Positions 51,670 through 61,951 of a stretch of 64,000 bases of DNA are shown one piece after another. The notes beneath the pieces were generated by a model. The model was given only the letters and a program-made list of their open reading frames with translations. It was not told where the DNA came from and did no database searches. Position 1 is the first letter of the stretch. Every line of letters begins with the position of its first letter. The translations under genes and the position numbers were made by a program. The stretch is from Thermoproteota archaeon (GTDB lineage: Archaea > Asgardarchaeota > Jordiarchaeia > Jordiarchaeales > Freyrarchaeaceae): NCBI GenBank assembly GCA_029258835.1, contig JAPDJY010000035.1, positions 1 to 64,000 of the forward strand, read 5' to 3'.

Positions 51670-52221
51670 CTACACTTGGCTACGCGAAAGGATTATAAGC
51701 CTAGCAAGATCGGCAAAAACTTCATTGACGTTCTCGCCGGTTTTAGCACTAGTTTCAAAATAAAGTAGGTTCCTCTTAATAGCAAATTCAAGAGCGTCCT
51801 CAAGCGAGACCGAACGAGGAAGATCACGCTTATTCCCAACCAGAATCATTGGGATATCGCCACAATACTGCTCAACCTCCTCAATCCACGACGGCAAATG
51901 CTCAAACGACTCATAGTTAGTTACATCGTAAACACAAAGGCTGCCGATCGCCCCACGATAATATAAAGGCCGTATATGAGCAAAGCGCTCCTGACCACTC
52001 TGATCCCACACTTGATACTTAACAAGCCTTCTCCCAAAAGGCGTATCAACCTCAATGGTCTTAACGGCAAAATCCACTCCAATCGTCATCTTATAGGATT
52101 CTCGGAATATCCCCTGGCTGAAACGCATGGTAATGGATGTTTTCCCGACGCCGCCATCGCCCACGACAACTACTTTGAAGAGATATGAGTATTCGTTCTC
52201 AGGTTGCAACGTAATCTCCAC
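51670..52221 (-). CDS. Rab-like small GTPase
   Basis: GDGGVGKTS, TIGVDF, WDQSGQERF, YYRGA, VYDVT, GNKRD, ETSAK. Confidence 0.93.
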   Translation of the reverse strand: MEITLQPENEYSYLFKVVVVGDGGVGKTSITMRFSQGIFRESYKMTIGVDFAVKTIEVDTPFGRRLVKYQVWDQSGQERFAHIRPLYYRGAIGSLCVYDVTNYESFEHLPSWIEEVEQYCGDIPMILVGNKRDLPRSVSLEDALEFAIKRNLLYFETSAKTGENVNEVFADLARLIILSRSQV

Positions 52222-52297
52222 ACTTGGACTGTTTAATTCAAAAGTTTCTGAGGAAAGGAATGTCCTAAAAAAGTTTCTGTTAGGGGGTTTTTGACGC

Positions 52298-53668
52298 TTA
52301 TGCTGGCTCCGAGACCATGAATTCTTGCTCTAGTTTTCTGACGTAATTGGCTGAGCGCTTGACGTCTGAGAAGAGTTTTTCTACTGCTTGTACATCTTCT
52401 TTCGTTATTTTTGAGCGCCCTTGTTCCCTAGCGTGTTCCATGCTAGGTGTTAGGAGCTGTACCGCATAGCGGAGACTTGACTTGGTGCCGATTTCTGTTA
52501 GGTACTGGAGGGCGTCTTCCTCAAGTTCTATTTTTTCTTCTTTAGCTCGTATTTTCAGAATTTCCGTGATTTCGTCGGCAGTGTAAGGTCTGGTGTTTAT
52601 TATGAGGAGGCGATCTAGGAGGTCGAGAGGCATGCCGTGAGGGGATATGAGTTCCGTTCCTCTTATCTTAGCGAATCCCCTGTTAGATGCTAGTATTATT
52701 ATTGGTGCTAGTTCTGATTCCATTGCCCTGGCTATGAAGCTGTAGGCTTCAATATCTAGCATGTGGCTTTCGTCTATAAAGCAGACGCCGGGTAGGATTT
52801 CGGCTCGTCCTTCTTCGACCATGTTTTTGACCATTTCGTTTACTCTTTCACGTATTTCGGGGTCGATTTCTCGTTCTTCCTTGCCTCCGCCGAATATGCT
52901 GAAGATGGAGAAGCTGCTTCTTCTGGCGTTTATTTCATCAAGGTCGTGGAGGGTAAGAGTGTAAATGAATTCTTTCTCTTTAAGTATGGAGCCTGATGGA
53001 ACGGGAACTGGCTGTTCCGCCTCGATGTCGTAATGTTTAGCTAGTGAAGATTCCGATTTTCCTAATCGAGTAACTCTGCCTGTTTCGGCGTCGATCATTA
53101 TTACGTCTCCTTTAGCTACGCCTTCATTAATTAGGCGTATGGCTATGGTTTGCCCTACTTCGAATGTTTTTGACTCATCCTTGGTTGCGAGTGTTATTTT
53201 GGCGGACTGTGGGATCTGCTGGTAGGGGTTGTACGGATTTTTGGTCATTGTGATGTCAATGTCTCTTACTTCGCCCTCATAGATTTTCTTCATTTCGTGT
53301 ATTCTGACTCCTATGGCTTTCCTGAGGACTTGTGTGAGTATTTCTGTTTTCTTGACTTCTTCAGAGTATATTTCTGACCCTGTTATCATTACTACTGGTA
53401 CGTCTGGGCCAAGCTCCTTTGCGATAGCTATTGCTATGGCGGTTTTCCCCGTTCCCGGAGGGCCTGCTAGGAGGACGGCCCTACCAGCCATTTTCCCTTC
53501 CTTTATCATTCGAACAATTATTCCAGCGGCTTCTCTGGCTTCTGTTTGGCCTACCATTCCGTCTGCTATCATTTCTGCTTTCAAACCTTTCAGACCTAGG
53601 CCTTTTATGTGGGAGTGGGCACCTATTCTTTCGAAGCGCCCCGGGGCAACCTCTCTGATCGCCACCAT
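52298..53668 (-). CDS. RuvB-like AAA+ ATPase (TIP49/RuvBL)
   Basis: RIGAHSHIKGLGL, GPPGTGKT, GSEIYS, FIDESH, SPHGMPLDLLDR. Confidence 0.96.
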   Translation of the reverse strand: MVAIREVAPGRFERIGAHSHIKGLGLKGLKAEMIADGMVGQTEAREAAGIIVRMIKEGKMAGRAVLLAGPPGTGKTAIAIAIAKELGPDVPVVMITGSEIYSEEVKKTEILTQVLRKAIGVRIHEMKKIYEGEVRDIDITMTKNPYNPYQQIPQSAKITLATKDESKTFEVGQTIAIRLINEGVAKGDVIMIDAETGRVTRLGKSESSLAKHYDIEAEQPVPVPSGSILKEKEFIYTLTLHDLDEINARRSSFSIFSIFGGGKEEREIDPEIRERVNEMVKNMVEEGRAEILPGVCFIDESHMLDIEAYSFIARAMESELAPIIILASNRGFAKIRGTELISPHGMPLDLLDRLLIINTRPYTADEITEILKIRAKEEKIELEEDALQYLTEIGTKSSLRYAVQLLTPSMEHAREQGRSKITKEDVQAVEKLFSDVKRSANYVRKLEQEFMVSEPA

Positions 53669-53797
53669 TATCTTACCTCCACTGATTTTAAGATTGAAGG
53701 AAAACAGAGCTAAAGTTGGTTTTTCTCCATTAGGAAAGATAGAGATTAAAAAAATAAAGTTAACTAGTTTCTGAGGAGGACTTTTGTTTATGTGGCG

Positions 53798-54313
53798 TCA
53801 GGTTTCGTTAGTTTGGATTGTGGCAGCTTCGGATGTAGGTTTTTGCAGGTCCTTGTAGAAGACTATTTGGTACGAGTAGCGGATCATTCTTGCTGCGAAT
53901 GCTGCTACTGCTAGGGTTACGACCGGCTGGTAGTTTATGCTGATGAAGGTTACTGCGTTGTACAGTATTTGGGTTGTTGGTATGTTAATGCTAGTCAACA
54001 TCTCCGCGAATACTATCAGGTATATGATCCCTACGAAGTGGCGGAAGGCACCGAATACTCCACTTACAGCAAGGTTTGAGTGATGGAAGTATCGCTCTAT
54101 GAAAATGAAGACTGTTATCACGGAACCGATCACTGCTATGGTTACCGGGTCAAAGAGTCGAACGTAGAGGTTTAGCTTCTCTGCTAAGTTTTTTCCCGTG
54201 ATAGGTGCAATAACTGAAAGTAGAAAAGTTGTGGATGCTCTAAACGACGCGTCAATTATTGGCTTCTTAAAAAGACTTAACATTTTTGCCAGTTGAACCA
54301 CCTTCCTGCTCAT
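53798..54313 (-). CDS. hypothetical multi-pass membrane protein
   Basis: About four hydrophobic segments; follows 54319-54843 closely. Confidence 0.65.
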   Translation of the reverse strand: MSRKVVQLAKMLSLFKKPIIDASFRASTTFLLSVIAPITGKNLAEKLNLYVRLFDPVTIAVIGSVITVFIFIERYFHHSNLAVSGVFGAFRHFVGIIYLIVFAEMLTSINIPTTQILYNAVTFISINYQPVVTLAVAAFAARMIRYSYQIVFYKDLQKPTSEAATIQTNET

Positions 54314-54318
54314 CTTCC

Positions 54319-54843
54319 CTACTTATAGTGTGGAAGTATGGTGTGCAGTGGAATTACAGTTCTGATTACCGTTGGAGTTATTACTTGGATGCTTCCTGCG
54401 AAATAGGTGCTGAACCATGCCACCGTGGTGATGGTCATCCAGAGAGGAGAGCCGTTTGCCGCTGCTTCTATTTCCGCTCTAGGAACAGAGAGGGAGACAT
54501 TCAGCAATCTTAGAGTACCGGGTGAGATGAATAAGGCAGTGTCGTATGCGTAGCTGCCATTACTTGCTAGTTCACCATATGGAGAGCCTTTTCTTACGTC
54601 AATTAGTAGGAGCACATTTAGATCTAGGATGTAGCCGTTATATCCTAGTAGGACAGGGTAGGCATAGTAGAAAGTGTCCCATGGAGGCGGGAAAGACGTT
54701 GTTGACGAGAGAGGAGTAAAGTATATTTTTGTGGCGTTAGCTCCAAGCAGGGATCCGAGGCCAGTCGGCACCAGCCCAAATATGATGGTCAGCAGAACTA
54801 CTATTTTGTATACTAACCGTACAAGTCTTCTTTTTGAGCGCAA
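54319..54843 (-). CDS. hypothetical membrane-anchored protein
   Basis: Basic N-terminus plus TM helix, then beta-rich domain. Confidence 0.6.
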   Translation of the reverse strand: MRSKRRLVRLVYKIVVLLTIIFGLVPTGLGSLLGANATKIYFTPLSSTTSFPPPWDTFYYAYPVLLGYNGYILDLNVLLLIDVRKGSPYGELASNGSYAYDTALFISPGTLRLLNVSLSVPRAEIEAAANGSPLWMTITTVAWFSTYFAGSIQVITPTVIRTVIPLHTILPHYK

Positions 54844-55010
54844 CAGGTTGCACCCCGGATTGATAGGGATTAAAATGTTCTTAAAAAGATTATTTGGATA
54901 TCTTTAGCATATCATGTACTCTTAAAACTTAGGTGGAAGGAATCATGTTTTGATGTTTAACGTGTTTAGAGAGGAGTTGGCTAGAGGAAGAGAGGATTGG
55001 AGGGATAACT

Positions 55011-55616
55011 TTGCTGGACAAGATTTCAAGGATATTTAAGAAGAAGCAAAGCTTGGTTTTGGGTGTTTATGGTGCTCCTAATGCTGGCAAAACGACGCTT
55101 GCTAACAGGATATCTTTAGATTTTGCGGGGAAGGAAATTGGCGTGGTTTCTCCGATACCCCATGAAACGAGAAGAGTTACTATTGCAGAGCACATTAACG
55201 TGAGGTTTAATGGAAAAAGCATCGACGTTGACCTGGTTGACATGCCAGGAGTAGCGAGTAAGGTGGATTACAGGGAGTTCGTAAGGTATGGCCTGAGCGA
55301 GGAGGAGGCTATCGAGAGAGCTAAGGAGGCGACGCGCGGGGTTATAGAGGCGATTCAATGGCTTGATAGCATTGACTTGGCGTTGACGGTGTTCGACTCA
55401 ACTAAGGCGCCATACGACCAAGTGAACCTTGTGATACTAGGTAATTTAGAGGCGAAGAAGATACCAACTGTTTTGGTGGCTAACAAGATCGATCTTCCAG
55501 AGGCGCGTCCAGAACTGGTGAAGGAGGCTTTTCCAAACCATAGAGTCGTATGCGTGTCTGCGCTTAGAGGCGACAACATAGAAGAGCTCTACAGGGCGAT
55601 AGCTGAGGAGTGCTAG
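55011..55616 (+). CDS. oapA: Era-like GTPase OapA
   Basis: GVYGAPNAGKTTLANRI, IPHETR, DMPG, RAKEATRGVIEAI, ANKID. Confidence 0.88.
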   Translation: MLDKISRIFKKKQSLVLGVYGAPNAGKTTLANRISLDFAGKEIGVVSPIPHETRRVTIAEHINVRFNGKSIDVDLVDMPGVASKVDYREFVRYGLSEEEAIERAKEATRGVIEAIQWLDSIDLALTVFDSTKAPYDQVNLVILGNLEAKKIPTVLVANKIDLPEARPELVKEAFPNHRVVCVSALRGDNIEELYRAIAEEC

Positions 55617-55629
55617 GGGAGGTGTTAAC

Positions 55630-55950
55630 TTGCGTATAGATATAGTCCCGGAGCGCATTACTCGGAGGATGAGACCGAAGGACAAAGCGAGGATGATTCT
55701 TGAGAGAGTTAAGGGAAATGCGATTCTAGTTTTGGAGGAAAGGTTGAAGCCTGAGGAGCAGGCTGAACTCATTAAAGAGACAATGATGGAAATAGATTGT
55801 GAGCGGTTCTGCGGAATAGAGGTTGTCACGTTTAATGAGGAAAGGAGGAAGGGGAAGATCACCGTTGTGGCGCCGTCCAACGTCGTCGAAGTAGCGAGGC
55901 AGGGAGACTTGATTTCGCTGATGCTTGGGGGGTGCCTAGGAGGAGTTTAA
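55630..55950 (+). CDS. oapB: OapB (DUF2073) protein
   Basis: ILVLEERLKPEEQAELIKETMMEI..FCGIE..ITVVAP; operon context. Confidence 0.85.
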   Translation: MRIDIVPERITRRMRPKDKARMILERVKGNAILVLEERLKPEEQAELIKETMMEIDCERFCGIEVVTFNEERRKGKITVVAPSNVVEVARQGDLISLMLGGCLGGV

Positions 55951-55952
55951 TA

Positions 55953-56267
55953 GTGATTTACAATGTATGTGCTGTCTGTGGGAAAAAGATCCCGCCTAAT
56001 AGGGAGGAGCTAAGCTGTCCAATCTGTGGTTCAAGTGTTTTTAAGCTTGTAAGAGTTGAGAGTAAGGGAAACGATGTTACGCTTGCAAGTAAGAGGGGGA
56101 AGGCGAGGGAAAAAGTTGAAACTGTGAAAATACTACGTAGAGGCGTGTTCGAAATAGACCTTGAAGCACTACTTCAAGGGAAGCCCTTGATAGTCTCGGA
56201 CAGAGAGGGGGCATACAGGATTTCGCTTCAGAACTTAGCGAAGAACAAGTTTAGTGATTCCCTCTAG
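55953..56267 (+). CDS. oapC: OapC (DUF2072) Zn-ribbon protein
   Basis: CAVCG..CPICGS..F; ETVKILRRGVFEIDLEAL; EGAYRI. Confidence 0.82.
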   Translation: MIYNVCAVCGKKIPPNREELSCPICGSSVFKLVRVESKGNDVTLASKRGKAREKVETVKILRRGVFEIDLEALLQGKPLIVSDREGAYRISLQNLAKNKFSDSL

Positions 56268-57094
56268 ATTTTTAGGCTCACGGTGTCTCCTATGACCTGT
56301 ATTAGCCCGGCGTCCTTTAACTCTTCAAGATATCGTGCCACCAGCTGTTTTGGGACACCAAGGGTTTGGTAAATTTTATCTAGAGTAAGGTCGTGAGCGA
56401 TCATTAAGAGGCGTAAAATTTTGAATTTTGGGTCTTTCTCAAGAAGCTTATTGATTCGGCTCCAGAGGGATTGCAATGTTTCATGGGAAGGATGAATTGC
56501 AGCTAATGAAGGCTTTAGCTGTCCCAGTGAAGGTTTAAGGGCACCCTGCTCAGCCATGGCTTTCATGTTAGCTATGAGCCTCTCTTGCTCACGAATCTTC
56601 CTATCCCTAACCTTCAGCTCAAGAACTAGCCTATCGATTTCTTTTCTCAGCCGAGAGACCTCACTCTCTACGTCTTCTTGCTCATCTATTTTCCTTTCCG
56701 AAATAGCCTTCTCAAAATTATTAGCTCTTTCTAAAGTAATAGATTTTAACGTGTCTCCTCGCATATCGGCATATTGAGGCTTTTCAGGGAGGGCAACCTG
56801 CAAATCCTGTTGGACGGATTGACGAGGATGAGGGGATTGGCTATTTTCAGGAGGAGCTGCTTCAGGAAGTGTTGCTTCTTGAGGGAGTTCAGTAGATAGA
56901 AGAGAAGAGAAAATACTTATGTTCTCTGTGACTGCGCTGTCGAACGCCTCACGCAGTATTTGTTCTAGACCTCTCATAGGGAAGCGTGAGAGTATGGAAC
57001 GAACTAGTTGCTCTCTTACTGGGGAGAGCTGCTCTATTATCCGTTGTGCTTCCGATTCAACGGTTTCATTAGATGACTCTTGAGAAGCCTTCAT
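56264..57094 (-). CDS. coiled-coil protein with C-terminal winged helix
   Basis: Central heptads; DPKFKIL..LGVPKQLVARYLEELKDAGLIQVIGD. Confidence 0.75.
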   Translation of the reverse strand: MKASQESSNETVESEAQRIIEQLSPVREQLVRSILSRFPMRGLEQILREAFDSAVTENISIFSSLLSTELPQEATLPEAAPPENSQSPHPRQSVQQDLQVALPEKPQYADMRGDTLKSITLERANNFEKAISERKIDEQEDVESEVSRLRKEIDRLVLELKVRDRKIREQERLIANMKAMAEQGALKPSLGQLKPSLAAIHPSHETLQSLWSRINKLLEKDPKFKILRLLMIAHDLTLDKIYQTLGVPKQLVARYLEELKDAGLIQVIGDTVSLKI

Positions 57095-57337
57095 GATTTA
57101 CACCAATAGATTCATCCTTATGGTGAGACGTCTATATTAACTGTTCTGGCTGGTTAATAATAATTTTTTCTTAAAACTGAGGTTGAGAATCATGAAGGAT
57201 ATACGATACTTACTTATTAAGATCTCAATTTTGGTTCATTTAGAAAACATTTCTCATAATTAGAAAAGCAATATTTTTATTAATGAGTGTTCTAATCCAA
57301 TGGAGCAGAGAAAATTTAATAATTTGATGTTTTAATT

Positions 57338-58066
57338 GTGAAAAATGCGAAAGGTGTTGGCGTTATTATGGAAGACTTAAAGTCGGAAAGAGAAAATAAA
57401 AATAACATTGGAAAGATAGCTGAAAAACTCGAGGAACTTAGAGCTAGAAGAATAGCCGAAGATGTCCTAGAAATTATAATGGGAAGGATAACGCCGTTTT
57501 TAGAGAAAATCACCAAGTTTAACGAGGCAATTTCTGAAGTAACGTGTGAAATCGCAGACCTTAAATTAAGCTTCATGAAAGAAATCGGGATAATTCGTGA
57601 TCTATTAAGAAGAATAGATGAAAACCTTGTTAACTTAGAAAAACAAATTAGCAACGCTAATACCGTAGCTGCGGTTACTGAGGGGGGAAAATGGGGGCTA
57701 GAGGAAAGCATCGGAATGGAAAGTAACAGTGTAGAGGGGGGCGATGAAAGTGCTGGTGGAGAGGCTATAGTTTCTGAAAAGGGTGAAAATGAGCTAATGA
57801 AAGAGAGAGGTGAGCCGACAGAGAAAAGACGATTACTAAAGCTAGAGGGCATGGTTCTTATACCAGAAGAGAGAATTCAGGCATATAAAGAGATAGCACA
57901 GCTCGAGACGAGGTTAGTTAAAATTAAAGGTGAAATAGCAAGTCTTAAAAACTTAATTGATGCAGGACTTGGCACAATGGAAGACAAAAGGCTTTTAGAG
58001 GATAAGTTAGAGGAAAAGAGGAGAGTAGAAGAAAGGATAAAAAAATTAAAAGTAGAAGAAAAGTAA
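57338..58066 (+). CDS. hypothetical coiled-coil protein
   Basis: Two E/K-rich heptad segments separated by a low-complexity linker; start may be 57367. Confidence 0.7.
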   Translation: MKNAKGVGVIMEDLKSERENKNNIGKIAEKLEELRARRIAEDVLEIIMGRITPFLEKITKFNEAISEVTCEIADLKLSFMKEIGIIRDLLRRIDENLVNLEKQISNANTVAAVTEGGKWGLEESIGMESNSVEGGDESAGGEAIVSEKGENELMKERGEPTEKRRLLKLEGMVLIPEERIQAYKEIAQLETRLVKIKGEIASLKNLIDAGLGTMEDKRLLEDKLEEKRRVEERIKKLKVEEK

Positions 58067-58082
58067 GGAAGTAAAGGAATTT

Positions 58083-59840
58083 TTAGGTAAGTGGGCCGAT
58101 TGAAACTTGAGGTTCTCTTCGTATATAACGGCCGCTTCCCTCTATGACATATGAGAATTTTATCTCTTGTCCTGGTTCCACTCTGGCGAAAACCCACGAT
58201 AACATTGTCCCTTCAGATGTTTCACTAACCTTTGGTTGGAGCTCTTCAGGTTTCCAAGAGACAAGTTTAAACCCTGGAGGAACGAAATCCTTTACCGTTA
58301 CATTTTCTATGTTAACTTCTCCTGAGTTGACGAGTACAAGAGGAACCACATACTGGTTCTTCTCGGCTCCCGGTGTGACAGCCTCCTTAAAGATCTTTAC
58401 GGCTCTTCGTGCATACTTGATTCCGATCGCAGGCGGTGCTTCCTCCAACTCGAGGAACTCAGCTTCTAACCCCGGCGGATTAATGTTACATGAAACCTTT
58501 AATGGGGCGAGGTATTTCCCTTGCGGCTTTGGACCCCAAGCAACCATAGGATATGTAACCCTTAACGTTTGCCCCGGCCTGAAGCCGCCAATTTTACCCA
58601 GTCCGCTAATGATTATTTTTAGGGTTTTTGGTTGAGACGGATCTCCTGACGGAGGCTCTAGAAGCGCATCTACACCTTCAGCTAATTCTTGCTCTCCTAT
58701 GAAAACCTTGATCCTATCTGTTGTTGGCGGTTTAAAATCTTCTGGTATTGTGTCTATGATCGAGATTGCATCTAAGTCGGCGCTTCCCATATTGAAAACT
58801 TTTATTGTAGTGGTTATGGGGGTTTTGTCGTATGCATCGACCTCTGAAGGAGTGAACGTCTTCTCAGCGGTTACGTGCATAACAGGGAGCACAGTATCTT
58901 CTTTAACTATTGTGGTGTACGTGTTGCGTACTACTTCATATGCTACTCTATAGTCGAAATTTGTTTCGAAGACTGGTACGTCAGGGCTTTCAACTTGGAA
59001 CGTGTAGGACCATGGTTGGTTTGGTAGAAGCTCCACGTTAGGGGCAATGGAAGCCACTTGTCTTTTTCCATCTGATACGAGGTAGGATTCCACGTTAAGG
59101 AGCAACTCTATAAAATCACTTGTATTGAGGAATTCTAATGTGCAGTCCCATGTATTAGGCTTTGTGGGGGACTCCGCCGGCTCGACGCCGAACCTTAGAT
59201 CAGATATGCAGAAAAGGTCGGGTTCCAGTGTAGACCGCGTTTTCCCTTCAATATGATAAGTGACTTTTATCTCTCCTGCCCCAACTGGCTGAACAGCGTC
59301 AGTTTTCATTTGAACATTTATATTTAGAGTCGCTTCTGCCCCTGGGGCTAATTCAAAATCTTTCCAGACGACTTCTCTTACATCTGCAAGGTACTCTGCA
59401 GTACCTGTCTGGGGGGGCTCAATGGATGGGTCTCCAAATCCCTTGGGTATCTTCTTCCTCACTTCCACATCCTTCACAAAAAGGTCACTAGGGTTCGTTA
59501 ATGTTATCGTGCACCTTATGGGCATCACTTTGTTAAGTGCAACAGCCCAGTTGACAACATCATTCTGGGAAAAAGTGTCAACGGTCTCTTTCAGCCGAAG
59601 TATAGTGTCTTCAACGGGGATATCATATTCGAGAGACCATGTTCCTCCTGCGGGAACCTCGCCTACATTATAAGTTTCCTCCTTTAATGAGGTTGAGGAG
59701 GCTCCTTTAAGGTGTAGCTCGCAGCTCCAGAGCTTATTCTTCGAGCTTAAATTTTTGATGGTAAGAACTCCCTTAGCAGAGATTTCCTTTACTTCATTGT
59801 CTCCCGTTAAAGTACAACTGACATTTTCTGTTAAATCCAC
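58083..59840 (-). CDS. cytosolic multi-beta-sandwich protein (DUF11-like repeats; mu-homology-domain-like N-terminus)
   Basis: Three N-x-G/S..V-x-D/K-x-I/V-P-x-x-F repeats; no signal peptide; possible in-frame CTG start at 59864 after GGGAGGG. Confidence 0.75.
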   Translation of the reverse strand: MDLTENVSCTLTGDNEVKEISAKGVLTIKNLSSKNKLWSCELHLKGASSTSLKEETYNVGEVPAGGTWSLEYDIPVEDTILRLKETVDTFSQNDVVNWAVALNKVMPIRCTITLTNPSDLFVKDVEVRKKIPKGFGDPSIEPPQTGTAEYLADVREVVWKDFELAPGAEATLNINVQMKTDAVQPVGAGEIKVTYHIEGKTRSTLEPDLFCISDLRFGVEPAESPTKPNTWDCTLEFLNTSDFIELLLNVESYLVSDGKRQVASIAPNVELLPNQPWSYTFQVESPDVPVFETNFDYRVAYEVVRNTYTTIVKEDTVLPVMHVTAEKTFTPSEVDAYDKTPITTTIKVFNMGSADLDAISIIDTIPEDFKPPTTDRIKVFIGEQELAEGVDALLEPPSGDPSQPKTLKIIISGLGKIGGFRPGQTLRVTYPMVAWGPKPQGKYLAPLKVSCNINPPGLEAEFLELEEAPPAIGIKYARRAVKIFKEAVTPGAEKNQYVVPLVLVNSGEVNIENVTVKDFVPPGFKLVSWKPEELQPKVSETSEGTMLSWVFARVEPGQEIKFSYVIEGSGRYIRREPQVSIGPLT

Positions 59841-59966
59841 AACAGCTTTTAAGGCATCACTCAGGGTCCTTCCCTCCCAAACAGTTTTTCACGTAAGGAA
59901 GAAATATGTACTTGAAAATATTTAACCATTTTCTGTAGGCTTCCCTAGAAAATTCAAGGAGTTATT

Positions 59967-60677
59967 TTAGGGTTCTACTCCTGTTACCGGTCTGACCACA
60001 AATTCTGTTCCAGCAGCCCACTCGATGAGGAGTTCCTCCCCTGCTTCCATGCGTTTATACTTTACATGGGGAGCCATTATGGGTAAGTGTGCTTCAAAGT
60101 ACTCGATCTCCTCCTGGTTTCTAACATGCATGGGGATTGCTAATTTGGGACTTAAGTCGCCTACAGCTTGTAAAGCATGAACCGGATTGAACGTCTCTGT
60201 TTCGTCTATGCCGATCAATAGCACATCTATTGACCATTGATCCAGTAGGCCTCTCGTGGCGGCATCACCTAAGTGAACAAACTTTACTCGTCCTATCTCG
60301 ACGATGAAAGCCGTGTGGGATATGGAAGGTGGAGATCTAGACGGGCCATGTTTTAAGTCTATGGCGGTTACTTTAACTTCAGGCCTAATGAAGCTCTCCC
60401 CAGGAGGGAGGGGGCGAAGTAGCCATGCTGGGGCTCCTTCCTCCTTCAGCTTCTCTATAGTCTCGGCGTTTCCCACTAAGAATGCTTTCTGAGCGGTAGC
60501 TATTTTAGCAGCGTTTCCGAAGTGGTCTAGATGTGCATGTGTGATGCAAATGACGTTTACACGCTCATCCTCTGATACTAGAGGGGTTCCATTAATGATT
60601 CCAGGGTCGATTAGGATGCTCATTTTAGGAGAAGAAATTTTGAAAGCAGCGTGACCAAAATACTTTAAAACCGGCAT
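59967..60677 (-). CDS. MBL-fold metallo-hydrolase (UPF0173-like)
   Basis: YFGHAAF, LIDP, THAHLDH, HLGD, IPMH. Confidence 0.88.
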   Translation of the reverse strand: MPVLKYFGHAAFKISSPKMSILIDPGIINGTPLVSEDERVNVICITHAHLDHFGNAAKIATAQKAFLVGNAETIEKLKEEGAPAWLLRPLPPGESFIRPEVKVTAIDLKHGPSRSPPSISHTAFIVEIGRVKFVHLGDAATRGLLDQWSIDVLLIGIDETETFNPVHALQAVGDLSPKLAIPMHVRNQEEIEYFEAHLPIMAPHVKYKRMEAGEELLIEWAAGTEFVVRPVTGVEP

Positions 60678-60903
60678 AATAACGCCCCTTCAAGACCTTA
60701 CTTTGATTTAATCCGTAAAGGAGGAAAGATCCGTAGAAAATAAAACTTAACGAGTATTTCACTTTTTTGATTAACTTTCAGATAAGAAGGTTAAACTGCA
60801 AATTGAATGAGTAAATTATAAAAGGATCCACGTGAATGAGGGTGCTAGATTCCTTACACCGTCAAAGGAAGTGGCAGCGGATCGTTTACAGGGGAGATGG
60901 GAA

Positions 60904-61491
60904 ATGGTAAAATCAATGTACAATTACATTTCAGAAAGTTGGAGAAGGATTGCTAAAAAGGAAGGAGGGTTGAAGGACTTCTTACGTGAAAGAATGACAC
61001 TTTGGCGTAGGCAACCAGCAATAGTGAGAGTGGAGAAACCTACGCGTCCTGACCGAGCAAGGAGGCTTGGCTACCGTGCCAAGCAGGGCTTTGTGATCGT
61101 GAGGGTGCGAGTTCGTAAGGGAGGGTTAAGGAAGCCTAGACCTAGAAGCGGTAGGAAACCTAAGGGACTTGGAGTAGCAAAGAAGACGCCAAGGAAGAAT
61201 CTTCAGTGGATAGCTGAGGAAAGAGCGGCCCGTAAGCATCCTAACATGGAGGTCCTTAACTCCTACTACGTGGGCGAGGATGGAAGATGGAAGTGGTTTG
61301 AAGTTATACTGGTTGATCCACATCACCCGGTCATAAAGGCAGACCCTAAAATAAACTGGATCCGTGAGAAGCAACATCGAGGACGTGTTTTCAGGGGACT
61401 TACAAGCAGCGGAAAGAAAGCAAGGGGACTGAGAAGGAAGGGGAAGGGTGCCGAGAAAATAAGGCCGAGTCGGGAAAGGTATTATGAGTAG
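60904..61491 (+). CDS. rpl15e: 50S ribosomal protein L15e
   Basis: [43 protein letters not shown]. Confidence 0.97.
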   Translation: MVKSMYNYISESWRRIAKKEGGLKDFLRERMTLWRRQPAIVRVEKPTRPDRARRLGYRAKQGFVIVRVRVRKGGLRKPRPRSGRKPKGLGVAKKTPRKNLQWIAEERAARKHPNMEVLNSYYVGEDGRWKWFEVILVDPHHPVIKADPKINWIREKQHRGRVFRGLTSSGKKARGLRRKGKGAEKIRPSRERYYE

Positions 61492-61951
61492 ACTGGTGGA
61501 AAGATTGCATAGAGGAAGCGTGAAGGATGTAATAAGCGTTGAAGTTGAGGTTTTTGCGCATTCAACGGAGGACCCGGGTAAGGTTTTAGAGGCAATGCAA
61601 TTTTTCCTGCCTGAAGAAGTTAAGGTGAGGAAGGAGAAGGTTAGAGGACATCATGGCAATGAAGTGTTAATTTACAGGGTTCGGCTTTTGAGGAATGAAG
61701 CTGGCAAGGTATTACGCCATATCGCAGCTAAGATGAGAGAAGAGGACAGGAGGCGGCTAGCAAAGCAGTTCTATTTAAGGGTGGATGGGAGAGGAAACCT
61801 GTACTTACGCTTTGACAAGCAGAAAGCATTTTTAAAAAAGGCTATTCTAAGCTCCGATGAGGACGTGGTGAAGGTTAAGGTGAAGTTTCCAACGAATAAG
61901 CCTGAGGAGATATATGAAATATGCAGGGATGTGGGACTCGTCCAGGAGTGA
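61484..61951 (+). CDS. RNA-binding protein (DUF54, exosome/RNase P superoperon)
   Basis: [24 protein letters not shown]; context. Confidence 0.85.
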   Translation: MSRLVERLHRGSVKDVISVEVEVFAHSTEDPGKVLEAMQFFLPEEVKVRKEKVRGHHGNEVLIYRVRLLRNEAGKVLRHIAAKMREEDRRRLAKQFYLRVDGRGNLYLRFDKQKAFLKKAILSSDEDVVKVKVKFPTNKPEEIYEICRDVGLVQE

